Positions 44,560-55,875 are shown, numbered from the stretch's first letter. The stretch: 64,000 nucleotides of DNA from an uncultured Acidobacteriota bacterium (GCA_963702425.1 CAVPCQ010000015.1:64001-128000); one strand, 5' to 3'. Notes: generated from the letters alone by a model not told the origin. Numbers and translations are program-made.

Positions 44560-45330
44560 ATGACTCTCGCCGACGCCGCGCTGCTCGCCTCTGCCGGGGT
44601 CGTGGCCGGCGCGCTCAACTCGGTGGCCGGCGGCGGCAGCTTCGTCTCGTTTCCGGCGCTGCTCTTCACCGGCGTGCCGGCCATCCCGGCCAATGCGACG
44701 AACACGATCGCGCTGCAACCCGGGGCGATGGCAAGCGCCTGGGCCTACCGGCGGCAGCTCAGCGCGCACCGCGACGCGGTGATCGGGCTCGGCGCGGTGA
44801 GCCTCCTGGGCGGCCTTGCCGGGGCACTGCTCCTGCTGAAGACGCCAGAGCGGACCTTCCTCTGGATCCTGCCCTGGCTGCTGCTGTTCGCCACGCTGCT
44901 CTTCAGCCTCGGGCCGGGGATCGCGACACGCCTGCGGGGCTGGGTGGGCGGCCGCGCGGGAACGCAGCCGCGGGCGATCTGGCTCGCCGTGGCCGCCGCC
45001 CAGTTCGCGATCGCGGTCTACGGCGGCTATTTCGGCGGCGGGATCGGGATCATGATGCTCGCCGCGCTGTCGCTCTCCGGGATGAGCGACATTCACGAGA
45101 TGAATGCCTTCAAGACGCTGCTCGGCAGCCTGATCAACGGGACGGCGGTCGTGGCCTTCATCGTCGCCGGCGTCGTCCACTGGCCGCAGGGGCTGACGAT
45201 GATGGGGGGGGCGGTGCTCGGCGGCTACTTCGGCGCGCACTGGGCCCAGCGGGTCGACCCGAAGCTGGTTCGCGCGCTGGTCATCGTGACGGGGGCGGCA
45301 ATGACGATCTACTTCTTCCTGCGGGGCTGA
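44560..45330 (+). CDS. TauE/SafE (TSUP) family exporter
   Basis: NSVAGGGSF.SFP.L, ANATN, YGGYFGGGIG. About 8 TM segments. Confidence 0.88.
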   Translation: MTLADAALLASAGVVAGALNSVAGGGSFVSFPALLFTGVPAIPANATNTIALQPGAMASAWAYRRQLSAHRDAVIGLGAVSLLGGLAGALLLLKTPERTFLWILPWLLLFATLLFSLGPGIATRLRGWVGGRAGTQPRAIWLAVAAAQFAIAVYGGYFGGGIGIMMLAALSLSGMSDIHEMNAFKTLLGSLINGTAVVAFIVAGVVHWPQGLTMMGGAVLGGYFGAHWAQRVDPKLVRALVIVTGAAMTIYFFLRG

Positions 45331-45374
45331 TCGGGGCGGGACGGGCGCGAACTCCCCGCCCCGCGCCGGCCGGC

Positions 45375-45761
45375 TCAGCCCTTCATCGCGTTCAGCATGT
45401 GGTCGATGACGTGGGTGTGCTCGCGCTGCGGGCTGAACAGGACGACCTCGGCGTCCTTGAGCACCCGCACGCTGTGGCCGGGCGGCCAGTAGAAGAGGTC
45501 GTTCTCCCGGCAGGTCTCGGCCTTGCCGTCGGTGTAGGTCACGACGACCTCCCCGGAGATCATGTAGCCCCAGTGCGGCGCCTGGCAGGCGTCGCCCTCG
45601 AGGCCCTTCAGGAGCGGCGCGATGTCGGTGCCGGCGCCGAGCGAGAAGTACTCGCCTCCCATCGTGCCGAAGCCGGTCGCGTCACCGAAGTCCGTGGCCT
45701 GGCGCGCGACCGCGCCGGGGACGTCGATCCTGGCGGGAATCTGTTCCTTGGAAATGCGCAT
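45375..45761 (-). CDS. Cupin-fold protein
   Basis: L.GL..D.CQ.PHWGY..SG and FYWPPGH cupin motifs. AGGAG RBS. Confidence 0.78.
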   Translation of the reverse strand: MRISKEQIPARIDVPGAVARQATDFGDATGFGTMGGEYFSLGAGTDIAPLLKGLEGDACQAPHWGYMISGEVVVTYTDGKAETCRENDLFYWPPGHSVRVLKDAEVVLFSPQREHTHVIDHMLNAMKG

Positions 45762-45824
45762 GCGTGGCTCCTTTCTCGCCGGCTCGTCCCGTCCGGCGCC
45801 GCTCGAGCCGGCTCGATCGCCCCC

Positions 45825-45912
45825 TCACTCCACCGTGGTCGGATCGATCACGGCCCGGACTCGCGCCTCGTCGTCGGCCGGGAAGATCTCTCTCGATGAC
45901 GTACCCGGGACT
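45825..45912 (-). pseudogene. Internally deleted DUF4242-like gene remnant
   Basis: AGGAGG RBS then (no start) PGYVIERDLPG, shifting frame to FPADDEARVRAVIDPTTVE*. These match the N- and C-terminal signatures of ~90-aa DUF4242 proteins. Confidence 0.6.
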
Positions 45913-46064
45913 GCGCCCGACCTCCTGCGGCCGGGGCATCCGCCCCGGGCAGCTTACTTCTGTAGTCTCTGCGGTTATTTCAGTCCCGTCAATCGCCAGC
46001 GAGGCCGCCCTGCCGTCCGTGAGCACGGCGCGGCGTTGACGACCGGTTCTTGCTGCGAGCCCGC

Positions 46065-46415
46065 TCAGGGCGCCCCGAGCGCGAGCACGAGCCGCAGCCC
46101 CGCCTCGACCCGCGTCATCACGGGCGCCGCCAGGCTGCGCACGCGCTCCTTCAGGAGCTCGCGCTCGAGCGTTGCCAGCTGCGAGACGATGACCACCGAC
46201 GCCCGCGCGAGGCCGCTCGCCCGCCGCGGCAGCAGCACGTTCCCCGGCGCCGCCGCCAGCTCGAGGTTCGACGAGATCGTCGCGACGACGACGGTCCCGA
46301 TCCGGCTGCGGTTGAAGGCGTCGGACTGGACGACGACCACGGGGCGGCGGAAGCCGGGGCCGGAGCCGACGGGATCCGGCAGCGCGGCCCACCAGATCTC
46401 GCCGCGGCGGATCAC
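46065..46415 (-). CDS. MazF/PemK-family toxin
   Basis: IRRGEIWWA.L..P.GS.PG.RRPVVVVQSD.FN.S, GNVLL, SQL.T. Confidence 0.92.
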   Translation of the reverse strand: MIRRGEIWWAALPDPVGSGPGFRRPVVVVQSDAFNRSRIGTVVVATISSNLELAAAPGNVLLPRRASGLARASVVIVSQLATLERELLKERVRSLAAPVMTRVEAGLRLVLALGAP

Positions 46416-46648
46416 CAGTCCTCGCGGCCGATCGCGCGGGCCTGGGCCCGGAGCAGCGCCGGCTCGACGCGCCCGTCGACGCCGAGGTAGACGCGGTCGA
46501 GCTGCGCGGTCACGTCCGCGCCGCCGCTGCGGTCGAGGTAGAGGCGGACCGCTTCACTGAAGAACCGGCTGCGCGACATCCCGCGGCGCTGCGCCGCGTC
46601 TTCGGCCGCCTGGAAGAGGTCGTCGGGAATCGAGATGGCGGTCTTCAT
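46412..46648 (-). CDS. RHH (CopG-like) antitoxin
   Basis: MKTAISIPDDLF..AE..A...GMSRS.F. GTGA overlap with the toxin. Confidence 0.88.
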   Translation of the reverse strand: MKTAISIPDDLFQAAEDAAQRRGMSRSRFFSEAVRLYLDRSGGADVTAQLDRVYLGVDGRVEPALLRAQARAIGREDW

Positions 46649-46686
46649 CGGCCCTCGGGTCACCGGGAGAAGGGGGGTCCCGAGCT

Positions 46687-46717
46687 TGGTATAACTCTGG
46701 TTATACCAGGCCGTCAA
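46687..46717 (-). promoter_or_regulatory. Toxin-antitoxin promoter with palindromic operator
   Basis: Perfect inverted repeat TGGTATAAC-N4-GTTATACCA (46687-46708), just downstream of a minus-strand TTGACG and overlapping the expected -10. Confidence 0.75.
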
Positions 46718-46767
46718 GCCGCGCGGTCCCGGCTGCGGGAAGGCAGCCCGCCGGGCAGGCTGCCGCC

Positions 46768-47973
46768 TCAGGCCGACGCGCCCGGCGGCCTGTCGCAGAT
46801 CCCGGCACGGCGACGCGCGAGCAGCAGCAGCGCCGCCCCCGCGCAGGCCAGGAACGCCAGCGACGCCAGCCGCAGCGGCCACGGCGGTCCGACCCCGTAG
46901 GCCAGCTCGCCGGTGAACGGCCCGACGATCCGCCCCAGGCTCGACAGCCCCTGATAGATCCCGAGGATCCCGCCGACCTCGTCGGGATCCGCCAGCTCCG
47001 AGGCGAGCGCCGACAGCGACGGGTTGGTGATCCCGACGCCGACCGCCATCGCGGCGAGCACCGCGCCGGAGAGCCCGAGCGTCGGCATGTACGGAACGAA
47101 GCCGAGACACACGCCGCTGAGCACGAGCCCCGCCACGACCAGTCGTGCCTCGCCGAAGCGCCTCGCCAGCCGGCCGATCAGCCCTCCCTGCACGATCGCG
47201 CCGACGAGGCCGATCCCGACCAGCAGGTAGCTGACCTCCTTCGGACCGATCGCGTACTTGTGGCTGAAGAACTGCGCGAAGGTGACCTCGAACCCGGAGA
47301 AGGCGGCGGTCGTGAGGAAGTAGATCGCCAGCACGAGGCCGAGGCAGGGGTGGGTCAGCGCGCGCCCGAGCCGAGCGATCGTGAACGGCTCGTGGGCGGC
47401 GCGGTCGCGCTGGCTCGGGTCGAGCGTCTCGGGCAGCAGGAACCAGGTGAGGACCAACGCGACCGCGGAGGTCGCGGCGGCGCCGAGGCCCGGCGCGCCC
47501 GGGCCGAAGTGCTCGTAGAGCAGCCCGCCGAACGCCGGCCCGAGGATGAACCCCAACCCGAACGCGGCGCCGATCACCCCCATCCCGCGCGCGCGCCCCT
47601 CGGGGCCGGTGATGTCGGCGATCACCGCCTGCGCGGTCGAGATGTTCGCGCCGGCGATCCCGGCGACGATGCGCGACAGGAAGAGCATCGGGAGCGAGCC
47701 CGCGAACCCGAGCAGCAAGTAGCCGGCCACGGCCCCGACCAGCGAGACCAGCAGGATCGGCCGGCGCCCGAAGCGGTCCGACAGCCGGCCGAGGACCGGC
47801 GCGAAGACGAACTGCATCGCCGAGAACGACGCCATCAGGAAGCCCAGCACCAGGGGCGAGGGCTTGAATGTCTCGGCGTAGAGCGGCAGCAGCGGGATCA
47901 CCATCCCGAAGCCGACCAGGTCGACGAAGACGATCAGGAACAGGACCCCCAGCTTGGCGCGGTGCTCTCTCAT
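46768..47973 (-). CDS. MFS transporter, TetA/DHA1-like
   Basis: D.VGFGMVIPLLP, G.LSDRFGRRP motif A, GLGFILGP. Confidence 0.9.
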   Translation of the reverse strand: MREHRAKLGVLFLIVFVDLVGFGMVIPLLPLYAETFKPSPLVLGFLMASFSAMQFVFAPVLGRLSDRFGRRPILLVSLVGAVAGYLLLGFAGSLPMLFLSRIVAGIAGANISTAQAVIADITGPEGRARGMGVIGAAFGLGFILGPAFGGLLYEHFGPGAPGLGAAATSAVALVLTWFLLPETLDPSQRDRAAHEPFTIARLGRALTHPCLGLVLAIYFLTTAAFSGFEVTFAQFFSHKYAIGPKEVSYLLVGIGLVGAIVQGGLIGRLARRFGEARLVVAGLVLSGVCLGFVPYMPTLGLSGAVLAAMAVGVGITNPSLSALASELADPDEVGGILGIYQGLSSLGRIVGPFTGELAYGVGPPWPLRLASLAFLACAGAALLLLARRRAGICDRPPGASA

Positions 47974-47983
47974 CGGCTCTCCG

Positions 47984-48400
47984 TCACTCGCCCAGCACGC
48001 GCACCTCGACGCGCCGCCGGTGGGCAGCGCGCCGGTGCTCCACCAGGTACAGCCCCTGCCACGTCCCCAACTGCAGCGCGCCGTCGCCGACCGGGATCAC
48101 CTCCGAGGTGTGGGTCAGCGCCGCCTTGACGTGCGCCGGCATGTCGTCGTTCCCCTCGCTGTCGTGGCGGAACAGCGGGTCCCCCGCCGGGACGAGCCGA
48201 GCGAAGAACGCCAGGAAGTCGCGCTGCACGGCCGGGTCGGCGTTCTCCTGGATCAGCAGGCTGGCGCTGGTGTGGCGGCAGAAGACGACCGCGATCCCGT
48301 CCGCGATCCCCGATTCGCGCACGACCCGCGCCAGCTCGGGGGTGATTTCGTGGAACCCCGGCCCGTGCGTGGCGACTTCGATCGTGCCGCGGTGGACCAC
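47984..48400 (-). CDS. yjbQ: YjbQ/UPF0047-family protein
   Basis: HTSASL.IQENADP.V, H..EG.DDMPAH.K, LGTWQG.YL.EHR. Confidence 0.9.
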   Translation of the reverse strand: MVHRGTIEVATHGPGFHEITPELARVVRESGIADGIAVVFCRHTSASLLIQENADPAVQRDFLAFFARLVPAGDPLFRHDSEGNDDMPAHVKAALTHTSEVIPVGDGALQLGTWQGLYLVEHRRAAHRRRVEVRVLGE

Positions 48401-48405
48401 CGGCT

Positions 48406-49743
48406 TCAGGCCGTTTCCCGCGCCAGGCGGGCCTGCCGCAGGATCTGCCGCAGGCTGGGGCGCGTTCCGGTCAGGAGCAGGCCGACGCGGAAGAGCCGGG
48501 CCCCGATCTCGAGCGCCACGATCGTCGAAACGACCATGACCAGGAACGAGAGCACGATCTGCCACCAGGGAAACCCGGCCGGCTCCACCGCCGAGCGCAT
48601 CAGCACCGTCAGGGGCGCCGAGAACGGGATGAAAGTCATGATCGTCGGAACGATGCCGTTGGGGTCGGCGAGGATCACGCCGAACATCATCAGCGGGACC
48701 ATCGTCGGCAGCGTCAACGCGACGCTCCACTGCTGGGCCTCGCGCATCGTTCCACCCAGCGAGGAGAGGCCGAGCATCAGGCTGCCGGTGAACATGTAGG
48801 CCGCCAGGAAGAACGGCAGCGCGAGTCCGACCGCGAGCCACGGGATCGAGATCCCGAAGGCGACCAACATCCCGGCCATCCCGACACCGGCCGCGGAGAG
48901 CATTGCGATCCAGGCACCGATCTGAAGCAGGCCGGCCGCCCCGAGGCCGAGCAGCTTGCCGGTCAGGATCTCGTCGGGCGAGGCCGAGCTGAGCAGCACC
49001 TCGACGACGCGGTTCTCCTTCTCGACCGCAACCGCCTGCAGCAGGTAGCCGGCCGTTCCCATCAGCGCCGAGAAGAGCAGGATCGCGAAGGCGAGCGGGA
49101 CCAGGATTCGCGCCACCTCGGTCTTCACGCTGCGCGGCGTGACCGCGCCGTCGGCGCCGACGTTGAAGCTCTCGGAGTCGGCGACCGGCTCGCGCACGCG
49201 CGCCGCGAACTCGGCCGGGACCCGCCCCTCGATCAGCCGCTCCTTGATCAGCTCGCCGAACTGGCGGCCCGCACCGCCGCCACCGAACGGCCCGGACTCC
49301 TTGAGGTAGGAGTTCACGCGACCGGTCGCGAGGTAATCGTCCGGAAGGACGTAGTAGCCGGCGAGGTTTCCCGCCAGCAGGTCGCGGCGCGCCTCGTCCT
49401 CGCTTCCGACCGGGCGGAAGATCGAGTTGCCCTTGGCGATCGAATCGACAGCGGCGCTCGCCTGGCCGGCCTTCTCGAGCGCCTCGCGGGCCTCGGCTGG
49501 CAGCTCGGGGAGCGGCGCGCTGGTGTCGCCCGCCAGGCGCATCACGCCCGGCTTGTCGACGACGCCGTAGATCCGCTTCTCGTTTTCCTTCATGTGGATG
49601 AAGAAACCCGGGATGACGCCGATGATGCCCCAGAAGCCGAGGATCAGCGGCATCCCGAACGTCGCGAACAGCCAGCCGGGCCGCTTCACGGTCGAGAGGA
49701 ATTCGAACGCAGAGACGGCGCGCACCTTCCCGCCCCGGATCAT
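48406..49743 (-). CDS. ABC-2 type permease (NatB/YhaP-like)
   Basis: EKENRVVEVLLSS, GK.LG, IPF.AP. Large periplasmic loop. Confidence 0.85.
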   Translation of the reverse strand: MIRGGKVRAVSAFEFLSTVKRPGWLFATFGMPLILGFWGIIGVIPGFFIHMKENEKRIYGVVDKPGVMRLAGDTSAPLPELPAEAREALEKAGQASAAVDSIAKGNSIFRPVGSEDEARRDLLAGNLAGYYVLPDDYLATGRVNSYLKESGPFGGGGAGRQFGELIKERLIEGRVPAEFAARVREPVADSESFNVGADGAVTPRSVKTEVARILVPLAFAILLFSALMGTAGYLLQAVAVEKENRVVEVLLSSASPDEILTGKLLGLGAAGLLQIGAWIAMLSAAGVGMAGMLVAFGISIPWLAVGLALPFFLAAYMFTGSLMLGLSSLGGTMREAQQWSVALTLPTMVPLMMFGVILADPNGIVPTIMTFIPFSAPLTVLMRSAVEPAGFPWWQIVLSFLVMVVSTIVALEIGARLFRVGLLLTGTRPSLRQILRQARLARETA

Positions 49744-50738
49744 GCGGACCCTCCCGGCGCAGGCGCCGCGGCCGGCGCCGGCACGGGCGTGGGTGCCGCC
49801 CCCTGCACGACGCGGATGAAGATCTCCTCGAGCGGCGTCAGCGCCTTCTCGAAGCGCTCGATCGCCAGCCCGGCGCGGACCAGCGCGGCGAGCAGGTCGG
49901 CCGGAGCCGTCCCGTCCGCCAGGCCGATCCGCCACGTCCGCGGCGCGCCATCGCCGAGCGGGCCGGGCTCCTTCCGTTCGCTGTCGTCGTCGCCATCGGA
50001 CCGGACGTATGCGGCGCCGGGAATCGCGGCCGGCAGCTCCCCACGCAGGCCGACGATCACTTCCGGCAGCGAGTAGCGCTCGCGGACCTCGTCGAGCGGG
50101 CCGTAGACGACCAGCCGCCCCTCGTGGATCAGCGCCACGCGGTCGCACAGCTCCTCGACCAGGTTCATCTGGTGCGCGGAGAGGATCGTCGTCCGTCCCG
50201 CACGGCGGCGCTCGACGATCAGCTCGCGCACGAACTGAACGTTGATCGGGTCGAGTCCGGAGAAGGGCTCGTCGAGCACCGCCAGCTCGGGCTCGTGCAG
50301 GAAGGTCGACGCGATCTGGACCTTCTGCGCCATTCCCTTGGAGAGCGCCTCGACCTTCCGGTTCGCCACTTCGGGCATCCCGATCCGCGACAGCCAGGCG
50401 ATCGCCCGGCGGCGCGAGTCGGCGCGCGCCAGCCCCTTCAGTTCGCCGAAGTAGGTCATCACGTCGGCGACCTTCTGCTTGCGGTAGAGACCGCGCTCCT
50501 CCGGCAGGTAGCCAACGCGGTCGAGCGCCGCTCCGTCGAGCGGTTTGCCGAAGAGCGTCACCGTCCCGGCATCGGCCCGGATGATGTCCATCAGGATCCG
50601 GATCAGCGTCGTCTTGCCGGCGCCGTTCGGGCCGAGCAGGCCGAAGACCTCGCCCGCCGGGACCTCGAACGACACGCCGTCCACGGCGCGCTTCTCGCCG
50701 TAGCTCTTCCGGATCCCGTCGAACGCGAGAAAGCTCAT
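49740..50738 (-). CDS. ABC ATPase (NatA/YhaQ-like)
   Basis: GPNGAGKTT, GYLPEERGLY, LSKGMAQK, LDEPFSGLDP. Confidence 0.9.
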   Translation of the reverse strand: MSFLAFDGIRKSYGEKRAVDGVSFEVPAGEVFGLLGPNGAGKTTLIRILMDIIRADAGTVTLFGKPLDGAALDRVGYLPEERGLYRKQKVADVMTYFGELKGLARADSRRRAIAWLSRIGMPEVANRKVEALSKGMAQKVQIASTFLHEPELAVLDEPFSGLDPINVQFVRELIVERRRAGRTTILSAHQMNLVEELCDRVALIHEGRLVVYGPLDEVRERYSLPEVIVGLRGELPAAIPGAAYVRSDGDDDSERKEPGPLGDGAPRTWRIGLADGTAPADLLAALVRAGLAIERFEKALTPLEEIFIRVVQGAAPTPVPAPAAAPAPGGSA

Positions 50739-51691
50739 CCCTCGCCTGCTTCCCCGGCGCCGGGCACGGCACCGGGCGTGGACTGTTCCGCGGTCGGCGC
50801 CGGCGGGGAAGCGCTTTCCGCCGGGCGGTCGCCGCGCCGCGGACGAGCGGCGCCGCGGCCGGCTGGAACGGTCTCCCGCGGGAGGTGCTTGTCGAGTCGC
50901 GCGGGGTCGACCGCGGACAACCCCTCGACCGGGATCCCCGCCAGCGACGCGACCCAGTCGGTCTGGTGCAGCAGGCCGCGGACGATCGCCACCTCCCACG
51001 AGGCCAGCTCGGTGCGGCCGAAGATCCGCCGCCAGCGGCGCAGCACGGCGTCGGGGTTCTGCTCCTGCAGGTGCCCGATCCGCTGCCAGACCTCGCGCAT
51101 GTGACGGTACATCGCCTCCATCTCCTCCGCGCTCGCCGCGCGCTCGGGCTCTTTCTCGCCCGGGAGCTTCTCGCCGAGGTCGGCGTGCGCCTCGAGCGAC
51201 AGCGCGTAGCCGATCACCGCCACCGCGTGCGAGACGTTGAGCGACGGGCACTCGGGATCGGACGGGATCGCGACGACGCGGTGGCAGCGGTCGGTCTCCT
51301 CCGTGGAGAGCCCGTCCGCTTCGCGGCCGAAGACCAGCGCCGTCTCGCCCGGCCGGCGCCAGGGCGCCAGCTCGCGGAACAGCGGCCCCGGCAGCGCCGC
51401 CGGCCCGCGCCCCTTCCCCAGCCGGCGCGAGGTGCCGATCACCAGCTCGCAGCCGTGGATCGCCTGGTCGAAGGTCTCGACTCGAACCGCGGCGTCGAGC
51501 ACCGACGCCCCCTCGGCGCGGGCGTACCAGCGCGCCTCCTGGGACTTCGGGTCGGCCTGCCCCCCGGCGATCCACATCCGCGACAGCCCGAAGTTGAGCA
51601 TCGCGCGGGCGATCTGTCCCAGGTTCCCGTCGTAGCGCGGCTCGACGAGGACGACGCGGATCGAGGACAGCTTCCCGGAAAGCCCGCTCAC
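50735..51691 (-). CDS. SPOUT RNA methyltransferase (TrmJ/LasT family)
   Basis: VVLVEP...GNLG.IARAM.NFG, LVFGRE..GL, IP......SLN.SHAV. Confidence 0.88.
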   Translation of the reverse strand: MSGLSGKLSSIRVVLVEPRYDGNLGQIARAMLNFGLSRMWIAGGQADPKSQEARWYARAEGASVLDAAVRVETFDQAIHGCELVIGTSRRLGKGRGPAALPGPLFRELAPWRRPGETALVFGREADGLSTEETDRCHRVVAIPSDPECPSLNVSHAVAVIGYALSLEAHADLGEKLPGEKEPERAASAEEMEAMYRHMREVWQRIGHLQEQNPDAVLRRWRRIFGRTELASWEVAIVRGLLHQTDWVASLAGIPVEGLSAVDPARLDKHLPRETVPAGRGAARPRRGDRPAESASPPAPTAEQSTPGAVPGAGEAGEG

Positions 51692-51704
51692 GGCTACGCT
51701 CCGC

Positions 51705-53288
<1,584 letters not shown>

Positions 53289-53289
53289 C

Positions 53290-54816
53290 TCAGCGGCCGT
53301 CGCGACCCGCGCCGGAGGGCCAGCGACCGGCGCCGCCGGGTGAAGTCGGCGCCTCCTCGACCGGGCCCGATGCGCTCCAGCCCGCCGGGGAGGTGATCGG
53401 CTCGCCGGGCCCACCGCCCTCCGCGCCCGGGGCCGCGCCGTCCGGAGCGCCGTCCTGGTGGAAGGCCTCCGGCCACTCCTCCGCGGCCCGCTCGCGGGCC
53501 GTCTCCGACAACGCGAACGCGCGCCACAGCTCGTGGTCCTTGCTGATCCAGAAGTCGCCCGGCAGCGCGCGCAGCGCGAGCAGCAGGCGCTCGTGGAGCC
53601 GCGCAGCCGGCGCGCTTCGACGCGGGCCGCGCTGACCGGGACGGGCCGGCGGCTCCGCACGCAGCAGGGTGCGGCGGTCGAGGCGCGCCGGGATGCGGAT
53701 CTCCTGGTAGGGCTCGAAGGTGCCCGCGGGCGCGTCGGCCGGCATCCGGACCGGCGCGGAGCGCGCGAGCGTCAGGAAGAAGCCGTCGGACCGGTCGAGG
53801 CCGACGGCGACGCGCACGGTGCGGCCGGGACGGCCGACGCGGAGGTGGTACGTACCGCCGCGTCCGCCGACCAGTTCATGGACCAGCACGCGCCCCGACT
53901 CATCGAGGACGCGCAGGCCGACGCGATCCCAGCCGATCGACTCGGCCGCGGCAAGCGCGACCTCGTCGTTGATGTCCCAGACCGCGACGAGGTGGTTCGG
54001 ATCGCGGATCAGGCCGCGCACGAAGGTCAGGTCGTAGCCCGGCGGCAGCGCCCCGAGCCCCTCCCCGATCACCTTGCCGTGCGGGCCGAGATCGTAGCGG
54101 GCGCGTTCCGACGCGACCTGCCCCGCGTGTCGCAACCGTGGGTCCTCGGTCTCGATCGCCAGGGGTGCGGGCTCGAGCGACGGAGCGGTAGTCGCGGCCT
54201 TGCGCGGCGCGACCGCGCGGGCCGGCTTGGCCGGGCGCACGGGCGCCGTTGCGGCCGGGGCGGTGGCTTTCGCCGGTACCGGCGCGGCCGGTTTGGCCGC
54301 CGGGGCGGCGGCCGGATGCGCGAAGCGGGTCACCTTGATCCGGATGTCGATCGGCCGCGCGGCGGCGGGGACCTGCTTTGCCGCAGCCGACGCGACGCCG
54401 GACTTCGTCGCGGCGACCTTCGTCACTGCAGCCTTTGGCACTGCGACCTTCGACACTGCGACCTTCGTCACTGCAGCCTTCGGCACTGCGACCTTCGACA
54501 CTGCGACCTTCCTGGCGACGGCCTTCGTCGCGACGGGCTTCCTGGCGATGGGTTTCGCCAAGGCCACTCTTGGCGCGACGGACTTCTTCGCGACGGATTC
54601 CTTTGCGACGGATTTCTTCGCCGCGACCTTCTTCGCCGCTGCCTTGCCGGCGGCAGTCTTCGGTGACGGTGTCTTCTTCGCGACCGCCTTCTTCGCGACC
54701 GCCTTCTTCGCAGCCGCCTTCTTCGCCGCAACGGGCTTCCTACCGGCCACCGGAGCCGCCCCCCTGGCGGCCCTCTTCTTCACCGCCGTCTTCACCGTCT
54801 TCTTCGTCGTGGCCAT
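53290..54816 (-). CDS. DUF4912-like protein with Lys/Ala-rich histone-H1-like N-terminus
   Basis: LP.GY....V..L.RDP..L.A.WD, 'LRV.D', 'G.F..LARS..V..P'. Lies directly upstream of the GH57 gene. Confidence 0.75.
   Translation of the reverse strand: MATTKKTVKTAVKKRAARGAAPVAGRKPVAAKKAAAKKAVAKKAVAKKTPSPKTAAGKAAAKKVAAKKSVAKESVAKKSVAPRVALAKPIARKPVATKAVARKVAVSKVAVPKAAVTKVAVSKVAVPKAAVTKVAATKSGVASAAAKQVPAAARPIDIRIKVTRFAHPAAAPAAKPAAPVPAKATAPAATAPVRPAKPARAVAPRKAATTAPSLEPAPLAIETEDPRLRHAGQVASERARYDLGPHGKVIGEGLGALPPGYDLTFVRGLIRDPNHLVAVWDINDEVALAAAESIGWDRVGLRVLDESGRVLVHELVGGRGGTYHLRVGRPGRTVRVAVGLDRSDGFFLTLARSAPVRMPADAPAGTFEPYQEIRIPARLDRRTLLRAEPPARPGQRGPRRSAPAARLHERLLLALRALPGDFWISKDHELWRAFALSETARERAAEEWPEAFHQDGAPDGAAPGAEGGGPGEPITSPAGWSASGPVEEAPTSPGGAGRWPSGAGRDGR
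54413..54730. repeat. 15-bp-unit tandem repeats (K-V/A/S-A/V pentapeptides) with a 45-bp higher-order duplication
   Basis: gcgaccttcgtcactgcagcctt(t/c)ggcactgcgaccttcgacact appears twice in tandem (~54413-54502). Further cttcttcgcgaccgc-type units follow. Confidence 0.8.
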
Positions 54817-54840
54817 GACTGCCTCGAAAGAAAGCGCGGG

Positions 54841-55875
54841 CTACCGCGCCCCCATCACCACTCGCTTCGCGCCGCCAAGCCACGCGTCCCAGTTGACCGG
54901 GCCGCCGACCTGGATCCCCTGGATCGTCCCGTCCACCCCGACGAGGTAGATCGTCGGCGTCTCGGTCACCATCAGCGCCCGCAGCGCGGAGCGATCGACG
55001 TCCAGGAGGTGCGTCCAAGGGTAGTCGGCGATGATCTTACGCGCGTCCTCCTGCATTGAGGGGGTCTCCGCGCGGGCGACATCGAGGATCGCCAGGTCGG
55101 TCGGGCGGTTCTTGAGATACCAGTCGCGGAGCCGCGGCAACTCCACCTTGCAGTGCGAGCAGGTCGGAAGCCACGCGAAGACGACCAGGCGCTGGCCCTT
55201 GACCGGGTAGGCAGAGAGCTTGCGCCAGGTCCGGCCGTCCAGCTCGGTCACCGGCGCATCCGGCAGGGGCTTGCCGATCAGCCGGTAGACCGGCTGCGGC
55301 TGGAGCACGCCCAGCGTCGGCACCGGCGCGCCGCGGCCGGCCAGGGCCACCGCTTCCGCGATCGAGACCCCACTCGGACCGGTCTGCGTGAGGTCCGAAC
55401 CGCCGGCCAGGCGGAGCACCCCGCCGGCGTCGATCAGGGCGAAGGAGGGCGCGGACCGGACCCCGAGGATTGTCGCCATCTGGCCCGACCCGTCGATTCG
55501 GGGTGGCACGGCGGCGAGGCCGAGCGCCGTCAGCCGTGCCTTCACCTCGTCCGGGGACTGCGAGGCGGCCAGGACGGCAACCGGGAAGAAGACCGCGTCC
55601 GGCGCCGCCGCCCGGTGCACATCGGCCGCGGAGGCCAGGTTCGCCTCGGAGACCGGGTCCCTGGGGCGCCAGTAGACGACGAAGACGGGCCGCCGGCCGA
55701 TGAAACCGGCCAGCTCCTGCCCCACCGCCCCGCCCTGGGAGGTCAGGAGCTGCGCCGGAACGGCCTCCCCCGGGGCGATCAGGGCCTTGTCGCCGTACTG
55801 GGCGCGCGCTGCGAGCCCCCCCGAGAGGGCCACAAGAGCCAGCACGATCAACACTTTGGGTCGAGTCCAGAGCAT
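54841..55875 (-). CDS. Secreted tandem thioredoxin-fold (TlpA/redoxin-like) protein
   Basis: Signal peptide. Domain 2 has W.PTCSHC..E.P and cis-Pro (TP). Domain 1 has WRPRDPVS in place of CxxC. Confidence 0.72.
   Translation of the reverse strand: MLWTRPKVLIVLALVALSGGLAARAQYGDKALIAPGEAVPAQLLTSQGGAVGQELAGFIGRRPVFVVYWRPRDPVSEANLASAADVHRAAAPDAVFFPVAVLAASQSPDEVKARLTALGLAAVPPRIDGSGQMATILGVRSAPSFALIDAGGVLRLAGGSDLTQTGPSGVSIAEAVALAGRGAPVPTLGVLQPQPVYRLIGKPLPDAPVTELDGRTWRKLSAYPVKGQRLVVFAWLPTCSHCKVELPRLRDWYLKNRPTDLAILDVARAETPSMQEDARKIIADYPWTHLLDVDRSALRALMVTETPTIYLVGVDGTIQGIQVGGPVNWDAWLGGAKRVVMGAR

Noticed and set aside
54413-54730. CRISPR array
   Set aside because: The repeats are contiguous 15-bp coding units without unique spacers, and no cas genes are present.
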